Assembly (NCBI GenBank): GCA_963693365.1
Contig: CAVNZM010000004.1
Location: 6,857,093-6,921,092 of the forward strand
DNA from: Amoebidium appalachense
Taxonomy: Eukaryota > Protista > Ichthyosporea
DNA: 64,000 nucleotides
Reading direction: 5' to 3'
Part shown: positions 21,331 through 35,921 of the stretch, piece by piece
Layout of the letters: each line of letters opens with the position of its first letter
Position numbering within the stretch: the first letter of the stretch is position 1
Notes under the pieces: model-generated
What the model saw: the letters and a program-made list of their open reading frames with translations, nothing else
Told to the model about the DNA's origin: nothing
Database searches by the model: none
Position numbers and translations under genes: made by a program

Positions 21331-22946
21331 ATGGATGCCCAGGCACTTGCCCGGCAGGTGGCGCAGGCAGCCAAGGATGGAAATGTGGATGAGTTAAAGA
21401 AAATAGTGGAGGAACCCCTGTTAGATAGAGAGCTGCGGAAGACCGGCTTGGCGACCCATGTGGACCTTCAGGCAGACGGCGTGCAGGTAGGTTGCTGCAG
21501 ATAAATGCTGGCACTTACATACAGCCTGGCACAAGGAGCTCGTGCTTGTGGATGCATACACAGAACACGATGGAATCCACTGGGTTAATACTGGCTAATA
21601 CACGTGTGTACGTGTGTGTGTGAGTGAGCGAGTGAGAGAACGAGCGTGTGTGTGTGCGTGTGTGTGTGTGTGTGCACGTGTGCGTGTGCGTGCGCGTACG
21701 CGTGTGCGTGTATGTGCGCGCATGTATTGTGTGTGTAGCTGTATGTTTGCCGTGCTCGTCGTTTTTTTCCTACTTTTTTTTTTTTTTTGTGTGTGTGTGT
21801 GTGTGTGTGTCTCTTTGCCTCGAGTAAACAGCGTAAACCCCGGGGCCCGTGTGTGTGTGTGTGTGTGTGTGTGGGTGTGGAGGTGTTTGTGGGTGTGTGT
21901 GTGGGGGGGGTGTTGGTGGGTAGGTAGGTGGATGAGTGGGTGGGTGGTTGCTGGTATGTGTGTGTGTGCGTGTGTGTGCGTGTATATACTGCCTAGTGTG
22001 ACGATCTATGGCTGTAAAGCTGTGAATCCTTGAAAACACATTCAAGACCAAAAGAACTTGATTGCTGATGAAAGGGCTCATGCCAGCACAGGAGCTTAAT
22101 ATTTTTCTTGTCAAAATTGTCTCTTTACAACTCTTTCTGTGGGCTCTGGCAGGAAACAGAGCTTGGGTTTGCGATGCTGAATTACAAGTGGGAGGCCGTT
22201 TTTCTGCTGGTGGAGGCTGGGGCGGACGTTAATGCAATAATCCACAAAGACAACAAGGTGAGCGCTGGGCCCAATCTCTGGCTTGTGCCCAGGGTGTGCT
22301 TCCATAGTCCCGAGCTGCTGTACAGTTCATTCGATGACAGCGATTGCACATCACCAGATCATATCTTAGGTTGCGGCACGTGTGTGAAGCCCCTGGTGCA
22401 TCAGGCTGTGCATTTCGACATGTGAAGGGTAGGCTGGTAGGGTGAAAAAAAACCCGTATCATCTTTCGCAATGTTTGTTCAAAGTTTGTTGGGAAATACG
22501 ACTATGCATCGCTATCCCGCACGGCCTGCTCTTGATGGTTAGAAACCACTACCACCGATGTATGTACATATGCGTTGTATGTTTAGGCTTGGAATGGGGA
22601 AGTGCACCAGATATTATACAGGTAGGAAACCTTTCAGGCTTACTATTGTGGGGAGTGAAAGAAAAAAAGGGGAAAAGGTAGGACCTCGAACTCGAGCATT
22701 CTGCCTCGCCCCCCGGAGGAGGGGGGGGGGGGGGGGGGGGGGGCTGTACACATGGAACATGGTAGGCTATGGGTACTGCCCGTGAAAAAGAAAGCCCTTC
22801 GGTGTCCTGTTAAAAAGAATGTGTGCAGTCCATACTTGGCGGAGGAGGAGAAGGCAGCGGGGAGGGAGAGGGGGAAGGGGGGGGGGGGGGGTGGGGGGAG
22901 AGAGAGCGAGAGGGGGGAGGGGGGAGGGGGGCTGAGAGAGAGAGAA

Positions 22947-23037
22947 TTGACGCTAAGCTCGAACTCGAACCTCCTGATCGGGCACCAAGGGGCCACCTGT
23001 GCCGAATTCGGAGGTTCGAGCCTAAGCTTAGTGTCGA
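22947..23037 (+). repeat. ~90-nt intronic hairpin
   Basis: TTGACGCTAAGCT pairs with AGCTTAGTGTCGA, CTCGAACCTCC pairs with GGAGGTTCGAG, and there is an inner GGCAC/GTGCC stem. Confidence 0.7.
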
Positions 23038-23060
23038 CTTCTCCTTCCCCCCTCCCCCTC

Positions 23061-23091
<31 letters not shown>

Positions 23092-24267
23092 AAAAAAAAA
23101 AAGACAGCCCAGACTTTTTTCCACTAGAAACAGAAGGACACACACACACTACCCCTCTCCCTTCCGCCACAATCTCTCTGCCTTCCCTTGCCCTCCTTGG
23201 GTCCCCCCTCCCCCCGTCCCTCCCTTGCTTTCGCTCTCTCTCTGTGCTCTCTCTTTCTTCCCGCCTCCCCCCTCCATGCCTCTCTGCCTTCCTCCCTCCC
23301 TCCCCTCTTCCTCCCCAACCCTCTCACCCCTCTCTTTATCTCTGGTCCTCTTCTCACTTTGCCTGTCTGTGTGTGTCTGTCTCTTTCTCGATCCCCTTCC
23401 TACTACCCCTCCCCCCCTCCCCCCCCGCCCCCTTTCTCCCCCCGGCGTCTCCCCACCCACCGGCCCTATTCAGCACACACCCAACCCCCCTTGTTTGCCA
23501 CAGCGCATCAGTGGTCCTGCCCTGGCCATAGCCACTCTGTGTCCCGACTGTCCCCTTGCTCTTGTGCGCTGCCTGCTCGATGCCGGCGCAGATCCCAACG
23601 CTGCACACCGTTCGGTAAGCCCTCCCCCCTCCCCCCCCCCCCCCCTTCCCCCCCCCTTCCCGCTGTTCCCGCTTCCCCCGGCGGGCTGCCCCCACTGCTC
23701 CGCCCTCTGTTCCCTCACTCTCCATACTGCCCATGGGAAGTCCGCCATGCCCTACCACCTTTTCTCAGATCCAGGACTTATGTCTTTTCCTTCTGTTTCC
23801 TTCTTGGCTGTTTTTGCATAGGCAGGGAGAAAGTATCGCAGAAGTAATGGTGGGTTCTAGTGCCACACCATCCGGAACTCAGCCAGCAACCAACCGCAAA
23901 TAATAGGCATGCACATCGTGGAATAAATGAAAGAGTAGCAGCGATCGCGAAACAGGGCTAAATATTTGCCATTTCATCAAACTGCATGTGCGAACATGCA
24001 GTATGTCACAGTCCTCAACTTCTGGTTGGACGTGGGGGTCAGTGCGTCGTGTGGGAGGTACCGCCGGATGGACATTCTGATGCTGCTGATGGAGAGAGGG
24101 GCAACACTGGAGCCACATGTGAGTGGGTGGATGTGGTGGGCCCACTGGGTAGGGCGGGAGGGAGGGAGAGGGGAGGGGGGGGGGGCGGGGGGGGGGGGGG
24201 GGGCAAAGAAAGAATGAATGTGTGTGAAAAGTGAGAGAGAGTTGTAAGATTTTTCGTATTTTATTCC

Positions 24268-24303
<36 letters not shown>

Positions 24304-24557
24304 TGTATGCATGCAAGATAAGTGGGTGGAATAAGTGTGTGGTACACATACACAGTTAAGAGAAGAAAGAGTCAAGCTGGGAAGTTGTTTTGGTACTGGA
24401 TATTCTCGGAGGTGACCAAGACAAGACGCACACTCAACCACACCATGTATGCATACACACATTACGACAGACATACACAGACATACATGCACTCGACACA
24501 CACAGCAGACACAATCACATACGCACACAGTGACACGTGCTGCTACACACATAAAAC

Positions 24558-24595
<38 letters not shown>

Positions 24596-25907
24596 GCATA
24601 CCCCCATTCCACACTTTTTCCGTTGCAGCCTCGGTTTCATGTCTTAGCATCACTCTCCTTCTTGATTGCTGCTTCCCCCATCTCCCCCCCCCCCCCCCCC
24701 CCCCCCTCCCTCCCTTCCCCCCCATCCCCCCCCCCCCCCGGCCCTCCTTCCCCCCCTTCTTGGTCTGTCTCTCTCCCTCCCTCTTCTCTCTATCTCTATT
24801 TTCTCTCTCTCTCGTCCCTCTCGCTCTTCTCTGTGTCTGCATCCTCCCCTCTCCCCCTCCCCCTTTGTGCCTGATTTTCTTCTTGGCTTGCTGCAGAGTC
24901 CTTGATCGCACATACCTCTCACGGTTTCCACGGCTTTCGGCCCAGACACACAAGCAACCCTCTCTGTGTGCGCGAATATGTCTTTCGTCTCTCCTCACAT
25001 GTATTGCCCTTTCCCCCTCCCCCCCCCTCCCTCCCCCCCCCCCCCCCCCCCCTCCCCTTCCCCCCCCCTCGTCCTCACCATGCCTCCCACCTGTTCCTCA
25101 CTCTCCTCTCCTTCTGCTCTGACCTTCCCTTGACTGCCCCCCCCCCCCCTCCCCCCTCCCCCCTCCCCCTCCCCCCCTTCTCCCCCCCCCCCCTCCCCCT
25201 CCCCGGCCAGTGTTACCGGGCACTCCACGAAGCACTGCCAAACCACGCTAACGATATGGCGGCCTATCTGCTGGACCGGGGTAGTGGACCCCAATGGGTG
25301 GTCCCGCCACTACTATGTAAGACCCTGCTACCGGGCTGTTGGTTGGTTGGTTGTTGAAGGTGGCGTGTTGCTCTCTGCGTGCTTGGTTTGTCTTTCCATC
25401 CTTTTCTGTTCCTGTCATATGTGCCCTGGCTGTTTAGCGGCGTGTGAAATTGCCACACGCGTGTGTTGACAGGCAGTGAGGTTGACTTCACTGAACTTAT
25501 TTTGTTACTGAATGCAACTGTGTAATCCCCCCCTTGGGTAAGACTTAATTGCCGTTCTCTACGTGTAAGATATGTGCTACACCTTCTTTGTGTTTGCCTG
25601 GGTAACAGGTTCAAAACATTCTCTGCTTAACAATAGGTGTGTGGACGACCACAATTGGTTACATTCCCCCTGCCCGCCAGATGCATGTGCTCTTGGGTAG
25701 GAAGGAAAAAACAAATGGATCAGCAATTTGAAGGGAAATGCCGCAGGTTTGACTTTTTATTTTTAAGTTTTAATTTTTTTTAATTTCAATATTACTATTT
25801 TTTTTGGGGGGGGGGGGGGGGGAGGGGGCAACCCCCATTTTTTGCTGCTCTGCACAAGCTCTCCCCATTTTTTTGATGACCGTTCACTCCAAACCACGCT
25901 CTCCTGT

Positions 25908-25939
<32 letters not shown>

Positions 25940-26193
25940 TTCAAACCCAACCTAACCCTCGCACGCACCCACCCCCCATCCCCCCATGCATCAACACTCA
26001 CACTGCGCCCCCCTGCAGGTGCCGCACGAGCCAGATGGCTGTGCGCTGCACTACATGCGCAGTCATACCTGCCCTATTCTGGCCTGCATGCATTCGCAGA
26101 ACTACGAGGGCTCGCAAATGGTGCTGGCCCACGGCGCTGACCCGAATGTACCCATCCCGGCACAGGTGCCCCCTTACACCACAAATGTATTGC

Positions 26194-26362
26194 ATGAAAC
26201 TGATTCTATGCACCAGAAAGGAAAAGGGAGATGAAGAAGAGAAAAGAAATGAAACTGATCCTATGCACCAGAAAGAAAAAGAGAGAAGAAGAAGAAAAAA
26301 GAAAATGAAACTGATCCTATGCACCAGAAAGAAAAAACAGAGAAGAAGAAGAGAAAAGAAAA
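26194..26362. repeat. ~56-bp tandem repeat x3, intronic
   Basis: ATGAAACTGATCCTATGCACCAGAAAG plus a purine tract, starting at 26194, 26249 and 26305. Confidence 0.9.
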
Positions 26363-27000
26363 CGAAAGACATTCTTGGTGCTAATGGTACGGTCACACCC
26401 CAATATGGACGGTGCAACCGATAGCAGAAACCATCACTTGACTTGAAAGGAAAATGAGGTTGTGATATAGGTTGCCGTCTTCTGGGGAGCATGTAGACAC
26501 ACAAACTGCACCGGATTTGGGTCGTTGCACATGTGCTGTTGCAGGTGCATTGAAAGTGCACCGTTGCTCTAAATGGAATTGTGTGGCATGACTCTGCCTG
26601 TGGCTCACACATGCGCGCGTCTGCCTTATACCCTACCTGACGCAAGTCTGCAGGATATGTTGACTAGAGAACGGCCACGCTATGTACTTGCAGATTAGTA
26701 TGCACGCGCACTACTGAAGTCCTAAGAAGCAACACGGTGGAATTCTCGTATGCATCGGCACAAGCCAAGGATACACCATATTCTCTTCACGCCCAGACGC
26801 AATCGATACAAGCTAGCCTACTGCATGGTCACATACAGGCATGGGGCAGCCCCCACATCCCTCTTGCCGCCCTCACTATATGAAACGTTTCCCTGGGCCA
26901 GCACATAATATAGGATGCAGTGATGGGCTTGTCCGTACTTGCACTCTCGGCCTGCCCTGCACACTGCTGACCTTTTCCCCTGTCGTGTGCCTTTAATTAC

Positions 27001-27033
<33 letters not shown>

Positions 27034-28028
27034 CCTCCCCCCAGCAAACCCGAGAAGAGTATGCCATGCAGCCCGGCTACAGGACGGCACTTGGGGAGGC
27101 CATCCGGTACAACGTGCTGCCCATGGCCGAGGCACTGCTGCGCGCCGGGGCAGACCCCAACCAGCCCGGCAAAGGCGGCTTAAGGCCCTTCCGCCTGGCC
27201 GTGGAGGCAAAACGGCATTAGTTCTGCGAGCTGCTGCTGCAGGCTAAAGGGGACATTGGCAGCGTACGTGTGTGTGTCTGCGTGTGTGCGTGTATGCACG
27301 TGTGTGTGTGCGTGCGTGTGTGTGCGTGCGTGTATGGCTTTGTGTAAGTGTTTGTGTATGCATGTGTGTATGTGTAAGGTGTGTGTGTACATGTGTGTGT
27401 TTGTGTGTGTGCACCTGTGCGTCTGTGTGTGCTGTGGTGTTTCCGCTACCACCACACATCGCCCCTGCTATCCATTCTATGCAACCCCCTGGCTCACTTT
27501 ATTCTGCTCCCTGCCTCTCCACCTGCCTTCCTCCCCCCCCCCCCCCCCCCCCCCCCCCCCCTGTGCCGCCCCGCCTGATCAGCGTGTCTGTTAGGTTCCA
27601 CTACCCTAACAATGTTCCAAGTCTCCCCCCCCCCCCCCCCCGCCCCCCCCTCCTTCCCTCCTCCCCCCCGTGCCCTTAACCGGACCTCTAACATCAATTG
27701 TTCTGTCCACAAAACGCAACCGAGCTTCTACGAATAGCCTACCAAACAGACAGCCCGGATGTGGCACAACTTTTGTTTGCTGCAGGCGCCAGAGAACAAG
27801 AGGAGCATGTCAGTGGCCCTAAGGGGGAGGGGGGGGGGGGGGGGGAAGGGGGGGACAAGAGAACAGAAAAGGGCAGGGACCGAGGATGGAGAGGGTGCGA
27901 GGGCGAATGTGTGTGTGCGTGTGCGCGCGCCCGTGTGTGTAGGTGTGGGAGTGCGTGTACGTGTGTGATGTGCGTGTGCTGTGTGTGTGTGTGTGTACAG
28001 GTGTGTGGGTGGTGGTGGTGATGGTGGT

Positions 28029-28127
<99 letters not shown>

Positions 28128-28333
28128 CTAAGAGAGTGTGACCACCGCAGGACACGCTGCGGCCGCTGATCTTCTGGGCCGTGCTCGACGGCACGGACGA
28201 TGCCAGTATATTTGCCCTGGTGAAGTTGCTGCTGGAATATGGGGGGGGCATCCACTGCACATACCCGGTGCGTTCTGACTGGCCTTGCCTGCCTTGTTCA
28301 CACTATCCCTCCATGCACCCCGTGAAGAGCCCT

Positions 28334-28367
<34 letters not shown>

Positions 28368-28393
28368 ACACACACCCTTCTAGGGAGTAGTAT

Positions 28394-28432
<39 letters not shown>

Positions 28433-28461
28433 TCACTCTCTCTCTCTATCTCTCTCTCCCT

Positions 28462-28508
<47 letters not shown>

Positions 28509-29179
28509 GCCCCCCCCCCTCTCCCTCCGTCTCTCTCCCCCCCCTCCCCCTCCCCCCCCCCCCCCCCCCCCCCGCCCGGCCTGCCCCACCTCCACCCCAC
28601 CCCCTTCCCCCCTCCTCCCATCCTAAACTTTTCCTCCCGCTGTTTTCCTCTGTACACCTTCAAGCTCACCCGGATATCCCTGGGCAGGGCACCAACACAT
28701 CTATTGAGTTCCCCGTTGTTTTCTATCGGCCATCCTCGAACTCACCCTGATCTGTCATTTCAGGGCACCAATGATACCCCCCTGCTGCACCTGGCCATCA
28801 ACAACTGTGTGCGGTCCGAAGAGCTGCTGCTGTCGGCAGGCGCAGACCCAAACCTGCAGAACTGGGTACAACACACGGAGAGCAAGCACCTGCACACAGG
28901 CACGCTTCCGTGCACACAAATGCAGAGACACATGCACATGCTTGCAGGTGCACACACACAAATACAGGCACCATCCACACCCATACACATGTGGCATGCG
29001 TACCCACTGCTTGCACATGCACATGCATGCACCCATGGACACACACACACGGACATGTGCAGAAGCACACAGACACCTGCACGCACAAAGCCCTCTTGCC
29101 CCCCCCCCCCCTTCCCCCCCGCCCCCCACACACACACACAACAGACACACACACAAACACACACACGCACACACACGCA

Positions 29180-29247
<68 letters not shown>

Positions 29248-29471
29248 GACTCATTCACTCACTCACTCAACACACACGCACACACATGCACACACACATG
29301 CACACACACGGGGGGGTGCGCGCACACGCACACGCACACACACACCCACACCCACAAGCACTCGCACTCGCACTCGCACACTCACACACACTCGCACACT
29401 CACACACACTCGCACTCGCACTCGCACTCTTACCCACACCCACACCCACCCACCCACCCACCCACCCACCC

Positions 29472-29538
<67 letters not shown>

Positions 29539-30381
29539 GCATTTAACCACTCATTCATTCTTCACACACTCATGAACCCAGACTCGGACTCACAACTACA
29601 CATGGATGCGCACGTGAAGCTCACTGCCCTCACTCTTGCCCATTTCCCTATCAACTTGTAGTAATTCATGTGCTCTGCCACGGCCTGTATCAAAAAGCGA
29701 CATGTTGCAATAGTGCAAGCGCCCAGGTGGCCCTGTGGTGTGTGGTGTCTGGTACCCCCTGCCATGTGACTCATGTCAGGTTGGCTGCCTACTTTGCACC
29801 ACCACTTGTAGTCTGGTGCAGGGTAGGCCATGCAGTGTGCAGAGTCTGGTGTTGGGAGGGAGAACTGACCATTTGCCTTATTTGGCAAGGACGGCGTCAC
29901 ACCGCTGATAGGGCGGCAGGGGCCGATCACGTGACCATGGTGAGGTTGCTGCTGAAGGGGGGTGCACGGCTGGAGGTGCAGGACAAGGTGCGCAGTCTCC
30001 CCCCCCCCCCCCCCCCCCCTCTCTCTCTTTCTCTCTCCTCTCCCTCTCCCTCTCTCTCTCGGTCTCTTGCCCTTTTGCTCTCTCTTCTCTTCCCCTCCCC
30101 CTCCTCCTCCCCCCCCCCCCCCCCTCTCTTTCTCTCTCCTCTCCCTCTTCCTTCGCCCCCCCCTCCCCCCATCCATCACCCCCCTTCCTCTCTCTCTGCC
30201 GTCTCCCCCCCCTCCCCGCCATGCGCTTCCCCCCTCTCCTGCCATCCTTCTCCGTGCAGCCTCTACTTTTGCAGATGGATGATTACAAGATTGATTTACG
30301 CAATTGCTAGTAGTTACGGACACGGAGGTACACACACACACGCACACTCACAACTAGACATTTCTTATACACACACACACG

Positions 30382-30436
<55 letters not shown>

Positions 30437-31054
30437 TATGATGACAGCATTGGAATGGGCTGTCCGGTCGGACGCGACAAATTCCTTGTAGGTTCTTCTA
30501 CGAGCAGGTGCTGACGTCAGCAAGCAGACTAAGGTGTGTGTGTGGGGGGGTGGCTGGCTGGGTGGGTGTGGGTGTGTGTGGGTGGGTCGATGTGGCCGTG
30601 TGCGCGGGGGGGGGGGGGAGGGGGGGGGGGGGGGGGGGATACGCGGGGTTTGTGTGTGTGGCTCGTATGTTTATGTATCTTTGCGCCCGGTAGAGTTCTG
30701 TGTGCTTGTGTGTGTGTTTGTGTGTTGTGTATGGTTTTGTGTTTTTGTGTGTGGGTGAGTGGGGTTGGACATGTGTGTACATAATTGCTGTATGGCTTGT
30801 TGGGTGTTTGAGTGTGCTGTAGGTGTGTGTGTGCGAGGGGGGGGGACAGGGACAGAGGGGGTGAATGAGCACAACAGCCAGGTTTCATGATTGAAAGCTC
30901 TGTAAGCCGAATTGTCAATGCATTATAACCCTTTAACCCACTGGCCACAGGATTGGCGGCAAACCATAGACATGGCCCTAGGGGCGGATGCTCAGCGCTG
31001 TGTGCACCGCCTGCTGGTGGCGGCACACAACCGCGATCTGATGGATGAAAAGGT

Positions 31055-31093
<39 letters not shown>

Positions 31094-31591
31094 TACACAC
31101 ACACACATGCGCGTGCGCGCATGCGCGCGCGCAGGTGACTGCTTCAAAAGAACCCTGCAGTTGCGGAACAGTGTGTGCTTGGGGCATGTGCTGTGCTGTG
31201 TGATTCTTCAGCGTTGGATTATGATTGTTGGGTAGTCTGAAGAGTAGCAGCGGGGTCAAGGTGTGTGCCTTCCATTTTAGGAGGTTGACGCTCCTGTTTT
31301 GGTGTGGTTGTGTCCTAATAATCATCTGCTCTGACTTGCAGACATTGAAAAAGGCGCAGCTGAATGGTTGGTTAGTTGACAATAGCCGTACTTGGTGCTG
31401 TTTCACATTCCATTAGTCACCCATGATAGTGACTCAACCTTTATTTTCGGCAGAGAGTGACCTCACTGCTTGCACATGCTGAAAAAGCCGGCCGGCAAAA
31501 ATCAGTGGCCGTTTTACGACAGTGGGTAAGTGTGTGTGTTTGGGCGGGGTGTGTGGTTGGGGGGGGGGGGGGGGGGGGGGGGGTGGGTAGG

Positions 31592-31643
<52 letters not shown>

Positions 31644-31649
<6 letters not shown>

Positions 31650-31756
31650 GCGTGTGCGTGTGCGTGTGCGTGTGCGTGTGCGTGTGCGTGTGCGTGTGCG
31701 TGTGCGTGTGCGTGTGCGTGTGCGTGTGCGTGTGCGTGTGCGTGTGCGTGTGCGTG
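31644..31756. repeat. (GCGTGT)n hexanucleotide microsatellite within a GT-rich intron
   Basis: Read directly; given as a representative of the many simple repeats in the window. Confidence 0.9.
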
Positions 31757-31956
31757 TGTGTGGGTGTGGGTGTGTGTGTGTGTGTGCGTGTGGTGTGTGG
31801 GTGTGGGTGTGTATGTGTTGGTGTCTATGTGTGGGTGTGTATGTGTGGGTGGGTAGGTGGGTCCGTGCGGGTGTGTGTGTATGTGTGTGTATGTGTGTGT
31901 GTGTGGGTGGGTGGGTGGGTGGGTGGGTGAGCGGGTGGGCGGGTGGGTGGGTGGAT

Positions 31957-32041
<85 letters not shown>

Positions 32042-33305
32042 ACGTGTGTGTTCGTGTGTGTGTACCTGTTTATACGTGTGCCTGTTTCCCATTTCTTTTT
32101 GTGCTTGATTGAAACAAGTGTTTTACTATTATAGCCTCCAAGAGAGGGGGGAGATGAGGGCACAAGTCTTGCAAATCCACTTCTTTATGTTGTGGTATTG
32201 TGGCCTGGTAACGGCTCACTTGGCTTCTTGCATGCACCCCATGCCTTGCATCTTTAATGCACGCACCCCATGCCCTGTATCTCATAAAAAAGAACACACA
32301 CACCCCATGGCCTGCATCTTACCCTTGGATGGTGATCTTGCAGCTGGACGGCATGGCCCGGGACGTTGTGGCCGGAATTTTCCCCCCCCAACGCATCATC
32401 CAGACCCGCCTGCTGGGCTGTGGCATGGGCGGCCAGGTATGGACAGGTGTGTTCCACCTGTGAACAGTGCTGAACTATGTGTGCCAGTTATGAGCAGTGT
32501 AGATTTGAACAGCTAGCAACTGTCTGCGCCATTTATATGGGGACTGTAGAACAATGTTTACCACCTGCGGGCAGTGCGGGACCTTGTGTTGCTCATGGGT
32601 GTATTGAACTGTGTGCTCCACACACCAGCCGTGTGGGATTGTGTTCCACACACATGTAGACTGCAAGAAGTGTTTCAGTTGAGAGCATGTGAGGAGTTAG
32701 CACCGTGCCTCTTTCATGCAAGACTGGGTCCATGCATGCTGAAGTCAAGGTGGCAAGCATGTTTTGTGTTTTTAGTCAATGCCCCCCCTCTCTCTCTCCC
32801 CCCCCCTCCCCCCCCCCCCCCCTCTTCCTTTCTCCTTTTAGTCCCTCTGCTCTCCCCCACGATTATGTTTCCATGCTTTACTCCTTTCATGATTCCCGGC
32901 CTCCCCCTCTGCCCCAGTCTGATAGGAATGTGTGCCACCAGGCCAGCTGATCACCCGAGATGGCCGGGTGGTGGTTGCCGTGAAAGAGACGGAGGGGACT
33001 GGGCCACATGCTGAGAGTGCCCTGAAGGAGGCGGTATGTGTGTGTGGGACGTGTACGTGTGTTTGTGTGTGGTCGTGGGTGGAAGTTGGGTGTGGCTGTG
33101 CTGATATGCTGCTTGCTTGTGTGTGTGTCTCGTATACTGGGGTAGGTTAACACACACACACATACTCTCTCTCTCTACTGCTTGCTCGCATGTGTGTTTC
33201 GTATAATGGGTTAGGTGCACACTCACACACACTCACTCCCTCTCTCCCCCTCCCCCCCCCCCCCTCTCTCTCTCCCTCCCCCCCCCCCCTCTCTCTCTTG
33301 CTCTT

Positions 33306-33372
<67 letters not shown>

Positions 33373-33730
33373 TTCTCTCTCTCCACCCCCCCTCTCCCCC
33401 CCCCCCCCCCCCCCCTCTCTCTCCTCTTTCTGTCTTTCTCAAACCCGCCCCCCCCCTCCCCGCCTCTCCACCCTCTCTCCCTCCCTCCCCCCCCCTCTCT
33501 CTCTCTCGCTCGCTTGCTCGCTCTTCTCTCTCTCCCTCCCTCCCTCCCTCCCTCCCTCCCTCTCTCTCTCTCTGTCTCTCTCTCTCTCTCTCTCCCCCCC
33601 CCCCCCCCCCCCCCCCCCCTTCTCTCCCTCGCTCTCTACCTCCCCCCCCACCTTCCCTCTCCTTTCTGTGTATGTGTTGTGTTTGCCCGCGCATGTGTCA
33701 TGTGCGTGTGTGTAATCCTAACCCATCCTA

Positions 33731-33880
33731 CTAATTCTGACCCACCAATCAGGGTTCTTGTGGGGCTAGACTAATTCTGACCCACCAATCAGGGATTCGT
33801 GTTAGGGCTAGATTCATTGTAACCCGCCAATCAAACTCGACTAATCTTAGCCCACCAATTAGAAGCGGCTGTTAGGGCTC
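33731..33880. repeat. ~40-bp tandem repeat, 4 decaying copies each with a CCAAT core
   Basis: CTAATTCTGACCCACCAATCAGGG at 33731 and 33771, with variants ACCCGCCAATCA and GCCCACCAATTA. Confidence 0.8.
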
Positions 33881-33985
33881 AGCCATCCCAACGTGCTGTG
33901 CTGCATGGGCTACACGGTGGAGATTCCCGTGCGCTAGTGCTGGAATACATGGACCTGAGCGACTTAAAGTACTACCTGGACCAAT

Positions 33986-34910
33986 GGAGGACCCTTATGC
34001 ACAATACTGCTTCCTCCAATAGGAAAACCGGTGGTAATTTGGTGGTGATATATATAGCCAATCATAAAATCGAGATAGTCTTTTCGAAATCCAGGATTGT
34101 GGTCACACTTGGGACCAGCGCCCGGCGAAACGTTCGGACCAGCGTAAACTTGTAGCCCCAGGGGCTTAGGTAAGCAGAACAGTATTTGTATACAATATTT
34201 GTTTTTTTTTCGGTTTACACGGTCTAATTTCACATCTTATAATCATAATATTAAGAGATCCCTCTAAAGCCCAGAGTATCTTAGGGTCAATCCGGTTCCG
34301 ACCTGGCGAGTGGATGTCGGCACGATTATTTACCGACTCAGAAATCGACACCGATGGATTCAGATCGGAAATGCAACGACACACAGATGACTCAGATTGA
34401 TTATTAATATTGCAAATGCTTTCGCGCGACATGCAAAATGGCTTGTGCGACATCCATTTTCAGAACGGCACTGGTCCTGTGCGACATCGGAATCACATTG
34501 ACGATTCGGAGCGGATTCTGCAGGAAAATGTTGCGCGCGACATTTCAAGGCGCTATGATCCCTGTCACACGACGCTGTACCCTAAAAGAGGCCGTGGCCA
34601 GGCGTGGCTCCTCGGTTGTCGTAGTTTAGTGTCCAAACTAAGCTTAACGTTATTCCTGAATTGCATGTATGTCTTATTTCATGCGATGCTTTTTTGACAA
34701 TTTCCAATCAATATATACTTATTCCGGTTGATTCTTATGTATACCACAATTGAATACGGTCATGTACATATGTCGACACCGGCATTTTCCCATGGCGGTG
34801 CGTGTCTGAATTCCATTTTCCCTGTATATCCAATCAGAATAATGCAAAATCGACATGAATAATGCCGAATTCAGACCTCTAGGAGGCAGTATTCTGCATA
34901 AGGGTCCTCC
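33986..34910. mobile_element. Non-autonomous DNA transposon, 925 bp, 30-bp TIRs
   Basis: Left TIR GGAGGACCCTTATGCACAATACTGCTTCCT; right TIR AGGAGGCAGTATTCTGCATAAGGGTCCTCC (2 mismatches). The flanks duplicate AAT (or CAATG if each TIR is read 1 bp shorter). No transposase ORF is recognisable. Confidence 0.9.
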
Positions 34911-35438
34911 AATGGTGGGTGCCCTTTAAAATCTGCTGAGGGTACCTTGCTCTGGGCTCTTGTCTTCCTTTTCTTGAATGCCCTTCTTTGTCGTTTTCTT
35001 CATGGCAGCTTGCAGCAATGCCCTGTCTTGTTACATCTTGGTGTCTGATGCGAAATGTTGTCGATGAGGCAACGAGGTTCTGGATGCGCCATGTCCAAGA
35101 GAGATTGGTGGGGGAAACTCTTGCTCAGAACCTAATTGTTGGCGCACACACATGGAAGCTTGGTCCATGCCTAATAATCTGTGCATGGGCCAAAGTGCAA
35201 GAAAGGTCATCCACGGTAATCACCACCAACTTACACCCTGTATGATACTGTCCTTGCAGTGTGCATGTGCCGGGGCCGCTGCAGGTGTGGCTGGGGCAGC
35301 AGCTGGCCGGGGCATGACGCACCTGTCGGCCTGCGGCATTGTGCACAGAGACCTGGCCGCAAGAAACTGCCTGCTGGCCACCACAGCAGACGCATGGGGT
35401 ATGCGGGGGCACCTGCAAGTATGGTGGTGGTGGTGGTG

Positions 35439-35469
<31 letters not shown>

Positions 35470-35848
35470 TCGGAGCATGGTTGGGGTAAGAGGGGGGTGC
35501 ATTTGTATTCGTTTGTGGGGAGGTGTAAACATGCGCGGGTATGTTGGGCCCCACATGTGTGAGCACATACATCGTGGATGTGTGCACGGGCAGTGTGTGG
35601 CCTGGTAATATGAAAGTGCAGGGACTCATGCACATGTTCCGCTGTTCCCAAGGGGTGTGTTTGCACATGCTCGACAAGTATGGCCTGGACAGACACTAGT
35701 TGAATGCACGCACAGGTATTTATTAGTCACAGGCCAATGCCAGGCCTCCGTGCATGTGGGCCCACCAAATCAGCCTGTTTTATGCTTTTGGGTGAGCACA
35801 CACGTGGGTGGCCTTTGGTTCTGCCCTGCCCACATGCAGTCTGAACCA

Positions 35849-35921
<73 letters not shown>

